DNA of 64,000 bases from Octopus vulgaris. Taxonomy: Eukaryota. The position numbers and the translations under genes are program-made. The notes under the pieces were generated by a model. It searched no databases. It was not told the origin of the DNA and saw only the letters and a program-made list of their open reading frames with translations. The stretch covers positions 3,844,001 through 3,908,000 of the forward strand of contig OX597815.1 in assembly GCA_951406725.2 (NCBI GenBank), read 5' to 3'. Positions 53,891-64,000 of this stretch are shown piece after piece. How positions within the stretch are numbered: position 1 is the first letter of the stretch; every line of letters begins with the position of its first letter.

Positions 53891-54777
53891 TAACTTAGAA
53901 TAACTTAGAATGGTTTTGGCCAGTATTGGCCCAGGCCATGTCTAACTTAATAGCACCACCTGGTGAAGTCTTTCAGTTCAGGATTTGGGGACCAAGGCCC
54001 ATTCGAGCAGAGAGTTATTGTTTGCGGAGACATATCCGGGTGTGGGTGGTTTGTCCGGTACTGTTTGAAGGAATTTGTCCAAAGACTTCTTGAATTTTGT
54101 GTGGTCAGTTTCTTTTTTGACGTGTCCTGGTGTAATGTTGAAGAGAGCAGGTCCAAATGAGGTGAAATAGTTGTGCCGTATTGTCGTTATGTGATGCGAT
54201 TTAGATTTTTGTTGTGGACGGATGGCACGTGGTCCAAGCCTTGGATGCATTTTGAAGGTGATGCCAACATCATTCGGACAGTGCTGATGGAATATTTTCC
54301 ACATCATACAGATAATGTAGCGTTCACGGCGTCGTTGGAGTGAATACAATTTCAGCTTCTCTAGTCTACCCCAGTAGTCAAGGTCTGACATGCCATCTAT
54401 CTTTTTTGTGATTGACCTTTGGGGAGCTTCAATTCTCATAATATTTTGTTTTGTGTAGGGAGACCACAGTGGACAGCAGTATTCAAGGTGGGGTCGGGCA
54501 AAAGTGGAGAAGAGAAGGATAATAGCGTGGGAATCTCTCGACTGGAAGGTTCTGAGAATCCAGGAACACATTCTGCGGGCCATTTCAACTTTGCTGCTTA
54601 TATGTGTAGCCCAGCTTATGTTGTTGTCCACTGTTACTCCCAGGTCTTTGATGTTGTTGGATGCCATGAGAATTTCTCCAGAAGGAAGGGAGTATGGGAG
54701 TTTCAGAGCGTCCTCCCTTCCAAAGTGGATCAGTTCAAATTTGTCTTCATTTAGCAACATGTTATTCTTTTCCGCCC
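53891..54777 (-). mobile_element. 5'-truncated CR1/L2-group LINE (family A); open frame 53978-54760
   Basis: KDLGV, RPHLEY and SLQRRRERY motifs; 3' tail of TTCTAAGTTA repeats; TA-rich flanks. Confidence 0.93.
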
Positions 54778-54828
54778 TTTTATATATATATAAATATTTA
54801 TATATATTTCATATATATATATATATAT

Positions 54829-56254
54829 ATCATCAAGGTATTTGAGAGGGTGGTGAGATCTCGAATAACCCAATCTCTGGAAAGCAACAGACGGCTGATC
54901 TCCAACCAACATGGGTTCCGTAATGGAAGGGACTGCCTAACGCAGCTCCTGCATCACTTTGAGGACATTTTGAGAGCTTTGGGAGAGGGCTCCAACACCG
55001 ATGTCATCTACCTTGATTTCAGTAAGGCCTTCGACAGGGTCGATCACAAGATCCTATTGAAAAAACTATCCAACATTGGTGTCTCTGGAAAGTTACTGAA
55101 ATGGATTAAGTGTTTCCTGACAGACAGATCTCAACATGTTGTAGTTGAAGGGGTAAAATCAAGCCCAGCCAAAGTCAGTAGTGGCGTTCCGCAAGGCACT
55201 GTGCTGGGCCCACTTCTTTTCATCATTTACATTAATGACATTAATGACATCATCAAGCACAGCAACATAAAAATCTTTGCAGATGACTCCAAGCTACAGA
55301 AGGTCATAAATGAGGCGAGTGACCGGACATGCCTTCAGTCAGATCTACTGGCTGTTATCCAATGGGCAGAAAAAAACAATATGCTGCTGAACGAGGATAA
55401 ATTTGAGCTAATCCACTTTGGAAAAGAGGATGCCCTGAAACTCCCATACTCCCTTCCTTCAGGTGAAACTCTCGCGGCGTCCAACAACATCAGAGACTTG
55501 GGAGTAATTGTGGACAACAACGTAAGCTGGGCCACTCATATAAACACCAAAGTTGACATGGCCCGCAGAATGTGTTCCTGGATTCTCAGAACTTTCCAGT
55601 CGAGAGATATCCACACCATTATCCTTCTCTTCTCCACTTTTGCCCGACCCCACCTTGAATACTGTTGTCCACTGTGGTCTCCCCACACAATACAAGGTAT
55701 CATAAAAGTTGAAGCACCTCAAAGGGCAATCACAAAAAAGATAGATGGCATGACAGGCCTCGACTATTGGGGTCGGCTAGAAAAGCTAAAACTCTATTCT
55801 CTCCAACGTCGTCGTGAGCGCTACATCATCTGCATGATGTGGAAAATATTCCATCAGCATTGCCCAAATGATGTTGGCATCACCTTTAAGGTACATCCAA
55901 GGCTTGGGCCCCGTGCCATCCGCCCAAAACAAAAATCGCACTCTCATCTCATAACAACAATACGGCACAATTATTTCACCTCAATTGGCCCCGCTCTCTT
56001 TAACATTACACCAAAACACATTAAAACAGAAACTGACCCTATAGGGTTCAAGAAGTCTTTGGACAGATTCCTTCAAGAAATCCCGGATAAACCCCCTACA
56101 CCCGGATATGTCTCTGTAAACAATAACTCTCTACTTGAGTGGGCCATAGTGCCCAAATTCTGACTTGAAAGACTTCACCAGGTGGTGCTATTAAGTTAGA
56201 CATGGCCTGGGCCAATAATGGCCGAAACCTATCAAAGTATCAAAGTATCAAAGT
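54829..56254 (+). mobile_element. 5'-truncated CR1/L2-group LINE (family A); uninterrupted RT frame to 56163
   Basis: QHGFR, YLDFSKAFDRVDH, GVPQGTVLGPLLF and IFADD motifs; 3' tail (ATCAAAGT)3; (TA)n on both sides. Confidence 0.95.
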
Positions 56255-56790
56255 ATATATATATATATATATATATACATATATATATACATATATATAT
56301 ACATATATATATACATATATATATACATATATATACATATATATATATATATACATATATATATACATATATATATACATATATATATACATATATATAT
56401 ACATATATATATACATATATATATATACATATATATACATATATATATATATATATACATATACTATCTTTTACTCTTTTACTTGTTTCAGTCATTTGAC
56501 TGCGACCATGCTGGAGCACCGCCTTTAGTCGAGCAAATCGACCCCAGGACTTATTCTTTGTAAGCCCAGTACTTATTCTATCGGTCTCTTTTGCCGAACC
56601 GCTAAGTGACGGGGACGTAAACACACCAGCATCGGTTGTCAAGCAATGCTAGGGGGACAAATACAGACACTTGCCCAAGATGCCATGCAGTGGGACTGAA
56701 CCCGGAACCATGTGGTTGGTTAACAAGCTACTTACCCCACAGCCACTCCTGCGCCTATATACATATACATATACATATACTTTTTTATAT

Positions 56791-56844
<54 letters not shown>

Positions 56845-57034
56845 AAGAGAGAGATTCAGATGAATATGGTACTTAAGTTGAGGCACCAGAATTTAGTACG
56901 GTTTTATCCATACAATTTCAAAATAAGGGATTAAAATCAAAATAAGCAACAACGATATCCAGATCCTTTTTGCTTATTTTGATATATTTATATATATGTA
57001 TGTGTGTGTATGTGAGTGTGTGTGCGTGTGTGTT

Positions 57035-57105
<71 letters not shown>

Positions 57106-57672
57106 CTCTGTGTGCATAAGTAACTATTCAAAGACAGGTGTCAATTTATTATGGTCGTTTCTTGGAACATGCCCTTCGCAAATTCCGAAGTATATTTTGG
57201 ATTGTATATTTAATAAAATAGACATGTCTGAATAGTTCAACAGCGGATTATACACTCTGCTGGGTCAAATCCGTTGTATGTACAACAGGGCTATCATTCT
57301 GCCGGTACTTCTGTAGTAAGGTGGTTGTTTACATAATGGTGTTGTGTGTGTATATCATTCCAACGTAACGAGGTACCTCACCTTAAGTACCCAATTCACC
57401 TTACTAATCTTACTGATGTGTATTATATATTATTCAATTATTCCTACTCATTTTCTGTATACTCTTTTACTCTTTTACTTGTTTCAGTCATTTGACTGCG
57501 GCCGTGCTGGAGCACCGCCTTTAGTCGAGCAAATCAACCCCGGTACTTATTCTTTGTAAGCCCAGTACTTATTCTATCGGTCTCTTTTTTGCCGAACCGC
57601 TAAGTGATGGGATCGTGAACACACCAGCATCGGTTGTCAAGCAATGCTAGGGGGACAAACACAGACACACAA

Positions 57673-57765
<93 letters not shown>

Positions 57766-58141
57766 TACGACAGGCTTCTTTCAGTTTCCGTCTACCAAAT
57801 CCACTCACAAGGCATTGGTCGGCCCGGGGCTATAGCAGAAGACACTTTCCCAAGATGCCAGGCAGTGGGACTGAACCCGGAACCATGTGGTTGGTTAGCA
57901 AGCTACTTACCACACAGCCACTCCTGTATGTAGAATATATGAAGGATTGTATTGAGCTTGACGGTTTTGGCGGTACCCAGCATGGCCGCAGTATTTCGGC
58001 TGAAACAGATGAATGAATAAAATACCCTTTTCCAGTTAGGCTTAGAAATGACCAACTGTTAATTTCTGAGATAAAATATATATACACACGCAACTATATA
58101 TAGACACACCCAACCACACATGCACACACACATATACATAC

Positions 58142-58179
<38 letters not shown>

Positions 58180-58302
58180 ATGGATATATATACACACATA
58201 TATACCTATATACATATATATTTTTTTTATTTATTTATTTAGTTTCAGCTCACAAGCTGTGGCCATGCTGGGGCACCGCCATTTGGAGTTGCTACATGAT
58301 TT

Positions 58303-58356
<54 letters not shown>

Positions 58357-58430
58357 GTATATATGTAGATATATACATATATCCATGTATATATAGATAT
58401 ATATATTATTATTATTATTATTATTATTAT

Positions 58431-58474
<44 letters not shown>

Positions 58475-58785
58475 TTTATATTTAGCAGAAGAGAGTGACT
58501 CGAGGTACGAGAGTTTCGCTCGTTTGCACTTAAGGTAAATATTAATAAAAATATATATATACTCATATTCTATACTCAGTTCTATTTTTCTTCTTAGCAC
58601 CAGCTTGCCTACATATATATAATATATATATATATATATATGAATCTATATTATATTAAATTAGAGATAAAACCACTATTATGCAAATCAAACAGTGAAA
58701 AACGTAAGCCAATACATAAAATTAATTTAAAAATATAAAAGTTAAAAATTAAAAAATTATTAAAATAATTTAAACTTATAAATTT

Positions 58786-58838
<53 letters not shown>

Positions 58839-59006
58839 ATTTTTATATTTATATATTATTTTGTTTATTAAATTGATTAATTAATTAATTTATTTATTTA
58901 TTTATTTATTTTTTATTTATTTTTTATTTATTATTTTTTTTATATAAATATCAAAAGTATTAAGAGTTTAATAAAAGATAAAGAGTAAAACACATATATA
59001 TATATA

Positions 59007-59060
<54 letters not shown>

Positions 59061-59062
59061 TA

Positions 59063-59106
<44 letters not shown>

Positions 59107-59764
59107 CATCGAAACTGAAGGGGTGTATTCCCTCAGTTTAGATTTGTTTTTCGCCTTCATAGCACCCCTATTTGCTAACTGTGAACTATATAAAAGACCC
59201 TTTTCACCTTACCTAACTTTGATATGGGAAAAGCCTACAACCTTTGACGTCAATAAAATAATTTTTGTTCCAGAAAGTTGTTTCTCTCTTCATACCTACC
59301 ACGGACTACTCGAAGCTCATTAACCGCTTATACATAGATCCTTGGGTCTTACAATTACACACACACACGAACACATATGCATATATATCTCACACACATA
59401 CATACATGCACACATACATACACACGACTTTATTATTGCGTGTACATCATTAACTGCTGACACGATAAATGCCGATAATATTCTCCATAATGGAAAAACA
59501 AAAAGTAGGAACCAACTAGCGTAACAACACAAACTGTACAATATTCAGGAACATCCCAAAGGCATTCATGACACATCCATTATACAAGAGTTGAACATTC
59601 AGTAAGATATATATATATTGCACTGTACTCCATAGTATTAAGATAGAACATTTTATATATGACCTATCACTATAAAAGGGTTCTATAGTGTGTACTGACA
59701 TATGAAGGGGTATATAAGTAACACAGGTTTGTGCATTACTTACTGCGTCGAAGACGGGTGGGGC

Positions 59765-59783
59765 TAGATAGCTAGATAGCTAT

Positions 59784-59819
<36 letters not shown>

Positions 59820-59824
59820 GTAGG

Positions 59825-59898
<74 letters not shown>

Positions 59899-59910
59899 TA
59901 AAGATAGATA
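59765..59910. repeat. (GATA)n microsatellite
   Basis: Directly visible in the sequence. Confidence 0.95.
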
Positions 59911-60206
59911 GTTTGATTTATTGATTGATTGATAGGGAGAAAGAGAGAGAGACAGAGACAGACAGACAGATAGATTCTGGTACAACCACAACTATCTCTG
60001 CGTGTGTGAGTGTGCTTGCTAATATATCCTCCGCATTTACTTTTATACGTTTCATACGTGCGTCAAATTATTTGACGCACGAACGAGAGATTTCTTGAAA
60101 GAAAAAAAAAACAACAATACACATTTCTATGCATACATACACGCACACATGATCCCACGCACCTGCACATACCGTGTGTATTATATGTGTGTGTGTGTGT
60201 GTGTGC

Positions 60207-60250
<44 letters not shown>

Positions 60251-60259
60251 GTACATGTG

Positions 60260-60299
<40 letters not shown>

Positions 60300-60388
60300 T
60301 ATATAATGCCTGTATGTATACATACGTATGTATGTATGTGCGTGTATGTATGTGCGTGTATGTATGCACCTATGTACGTAGCTAGTTA

Positions 60389-60436
<48 letters not shown>

Positions 60437-60439
60437 TTA

Positions 60440-60489
<50 letters not shown>

Positions 60490-60697
60490 GTATATATGTA
60501 TATATACATATATACATATATACATATATACATATATATATATATGTATATATGTATATATATATGTAAATATATGTATATATATATGTATAAATATATA
60601 TATATATACGTATATATATATATACGTATATATATATATGTAATATATATATGTATATATATACGTTTATATATATATGTATATGTATATATATATA

Positions 60698-60732
<35 letters not shown>

Positions 60733-60868
60733 ATAATAAAATAGGGTAATAATAAATTATTATTACCAGTGGCCTAGCACAAAAAACGAATTAGTCATTA
60801 GACTATATATCATTCATATAGAAATACAATAAGAAGCCTCTTATTGTATTTCTATATGTACATGTATG

Positions 60869-60957
<89 letters not shown>

Positions 60958-61245
60958 GCATATATACATGCAAAGACCTACACAAACACGTGTGTGTTGG
61001 TTTGTATGAGTCTAGAAAGGTGTAAACAGTTTTGGAGAGAGAGACTTGTGAGTTGTTCAAACTTCAGAGAGTTACGGTCGTGACCGTTTGTTATTGATAT
61101 TTACTTCGCACACAGACTCACGCTCAGACACGCACACACACACACAAACACTTTTAAACGGTCATATTACTGAAAATACAACTAATTTTCATCTACACAT
61201 GAATATACATATGTATATATACATGTGTGTGCGTGTGTATCCATA

Positions 61246-61310
<65 letters not shown>

Positions 61311-61812
61311 GTGTATATAAAAATATCTATATATTTACATAGATATATATGCATATTATGCATGAATATAAATGCATTTATACATACGTATGTGTATGTA
61401 TATATATATTTATATATACATATATATATTCCCGTTCGTTTAAACATTTATGTTTTTAACTTTTATATATATGTTTATATGCATGTATGTATATATGTAT
61501 ATATATGCATGCACGTATATATATATTTATTTATACATATATCTTTGTATATATACAAACAAATACATATGCTACTTACCACACAAGCACTCCAACGATG
61601 ATATATAAGAATATACACACATATTCTTATATATCATCGACCCAAAACTATGAGCTCTCGTCTCTATTAAATGAAATAAAAACGACCGCAGTACCACTGC
61701 ATACTAGCCACCATCTTTTTTCATCAACATGTGTATGAGGGGATACTTACGTAATTGTATGTGTGTGCGTGTATATATTTGTGTGCATATATATGTACAC
61801 ACACACACACAC

Positions 61813-61862
<50 letters not shown>

Positions 61863-61936
61863 TAAATTAGAGATAAAACTACCATTAGGCAAATCAATAT
61901 ATATACATAAACATATATATATATATATATACATAT

Positions 61937-62031
<95 letters not shown>

Positions 62032-62195
62032 AATGAGATAGGGGTTGAAAATTCAACCCACCATGGGATAATATATATCCAATATACTGCTAGATAGGTA
62101 CCCAACAAGACTAATACATAGATGTTAAAAATTGCCAAACAATCAGTTCATCTATTGTATTATATGGGTAAAGGTAATAATATTACCGTAAATTA

Positions 62196-62406
62196 ATACT
62201 ACAAAATTAGAGAATGGAGAAACATACTTAAATCAATAAAACATCAACTATCAGATGATACCCAATCAATACTTTAATACACCAATACATATCAGTAAAG
62301 GCGCCTTTACTGATATGTAATGGTGTAATAAAGTAATGTTTGGGTATCATCAGATAGTTGATGTTTTATTGATTTAAGTATGTTTCTCCATTCTCTAATT
62401 TTGTAG

Positions 62407-62409
<3 letters not shown>
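62196..62409. repeat. Spacer-less palindrome with 107-bp arms, centred at 62302/62303
   Basis: ...ATATCAGTAAAGGC|GCCTTTACTGATAT...; the right arm runs into (TA)n. Confidence 0.92.
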
Positions 62410-62440
<31 letters not shown>

Positions 62441-62641
62441 CACATATATATCTATATATACTTATCTATATATGAAACAATACGTGATTAGACGTAATAT
62501 AAAATCCCGAAAGGAAGAATTCAGTTGTCACTAATAGTGATTTAGGGTGCATTGTAGCACCTACATTGCTAGAAATTAGTGTGAAAGACCCTTAGAGCCA
62601 GAGCCACAAACATGGCACAAGTCTATGTACACAGTTATATT

Positions 62642-62676
<35 letters not shown>

Positions 62677-62750
62677 AATATTAGGGAATAAATCCAAACT
62701 TACAGGGAAAAATCAGATTTAGAATTGAATCCAATTTTATAGTAAAATAT

Positions 62751-62973
62751 TATATTATATTAAATTAGAGACAAAACCACTATTAGGCAAATCATACAAT
62801 GAAAAACTGAAGCCAATACATAAGATTATTTAATTTATATTATTTAAATATATAAATTATATTTTTTTAATAATTTTGTTATATATTTAAATAATATAAA
62901 TTAAATAATCTTATGTATTGGCTTAAGTTTTTCATTGTATGATTTGCCTAATAGTGGTTTTGTCTCTAATTTA

Positions 62974-62983
<10 letters not shown>
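62751..62983. repeat. Inverted repeat (arms of about 105 bp) of the element end also seen at 3772, 58650 and 61863
   Basis: TAAATTAGAGACAAAACCACTATTAGGCAAATCATACAATG and its reverse complement. Confidence 0.9.
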
Positions 62984-63045
<62 letters not shown>

Positions 63046-63203
63046 AGTAGTTGAATGAATTATCTTATTAAGGATAATTCGAATTAACCGATACCTGGGT
63101 AGCAAATTCACATCAGAAAAAACATGGTTGAAGTTACGTGCCTATGGCATAGTTTACATGCTTTCGTCTGGAAATTTGTATGTTTATTTTAAAAATATAA
63201 ATA

Positions 63204-63250
63204 GGCCTGGGCCAATACTGGCCAAAACCTTTCTAAGTTATTCTAAGTTA
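63204..63250 (+). mobile_element. LINE family A 3' tail only
   Basis: GGCCTGGGCCAATACTGGCCAAAACC.TTCTAAGTTATTCTAAGTTA, matching the tail of 53891-54777. Confidence 0.8.
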
Positions 63251-63284
63251 TGAAAGAATGGAGCTGAACGACGAATTAACAAAA

Positions 63285-63384
63285 TTCCTTTATTTTCGAC
63301 ATATGTTTCGAAGCGGTGCATATTCCTAATTGCGAAGGAATAAGGAGTACATTATGCCGCTTTCTCATCAGGAAAAGCAAGGAA
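63285..63384 (-). ncRNA. Type I hammerhead ribozyme with extended stem II
   Basis: Nearly identical to 34416-34514 in reverse complement, with CTGATGA...GAAACATATGTC intact. Confidence 0.82.
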
Positions 63385-63670
63385 CTTATGTCAACATATA
63401 CATATATGTATATATGTATATATACATATATGTATATATGTATATATGTATATATATGCAAACACATACATATATGTATATATATATATAAAATTTATAT
63501 AAATAAGGATAAGATCGTTATTTAAAATACTGATCATATCAAGTGGCTAGCATGGGATTAAAATTTCAAAGGTAATAATTATTATTAAAATTATAATTAA
63601 GGGTATCTAAAAGATACCATCATGCTATCTTTAGCATGATGGTATCTTTTAGATACCCTTTATTATAATA

Positions 63671-63722
<52 letters not shown>

Positions 63723-64000
63723 GATAGACAAATATACCTATATATATATATCATCATCATCATCTTTTAATGTACTTTTTCCAACCTGACATGGTTTTGA
63801 CGGTTTTGACGGGATCTGGTAAGGCCTGCAGCTGCACCAGGTTCCACTGTCTACTCTGCCATGGTTTCTATAGCCGGGCGCTCTTCCGGTTTACAGAGTG
63901 CGGCACTGGCACAAGTGGCGTTGCCACAAATCTTGCAATACGTAAAAGAAAAATGAGAGCAAAAGGAAAGGGAGACGACCGAAGGGCGGTCTTGTTTTCT

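Noticed and set aside
54694-54828. N-terminal extension of the 489-aa ORF
   Set aside because: Read-through from the antisense strand of the neighbouring LINE and the TA spacer; real LINE sequence starts at about 54829.

Overview
AT-rich, repeat-saturated metazoan genomic DNA. The SINE families and the extreme (AT)n/(AC)n/(ACAT)n load suggest a cephalopod, probably Octopus (inference). No host protein-coding exon could be supported, and nearly all ORFs in the track are microsatellite artefacts. Real coding remnants all belong to mobile elements: CR1/L2-group LINE RT fragments (three with open frames), a Neptune-type Penelope-like element (PLE; RT plus GIY-YIG) with an inverted 3' duplication, two R4/Dong-like RLE retrotransposon families, and mariner and maT-like transposase relics. 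Non-coding elements include a Helitron-like element, MITEs and about 30 SINE copies from three families. The most notable hidden layer is a set of type I hammerhead ribozyme (HHR) motifs from at least five unrelated families. All sit in short elements embedded in (TA)n microsatellites, and many of these elements end in fold-back palindromes. Some HHRs carry covariant catalytic cores (U3-A8, G3-C8). Different retroelement families appear to partition microsatellite targets ((TA)n, (TAA)n, (ACAT)n). All alignments and folds were done by eye, so boundaries are approximate.
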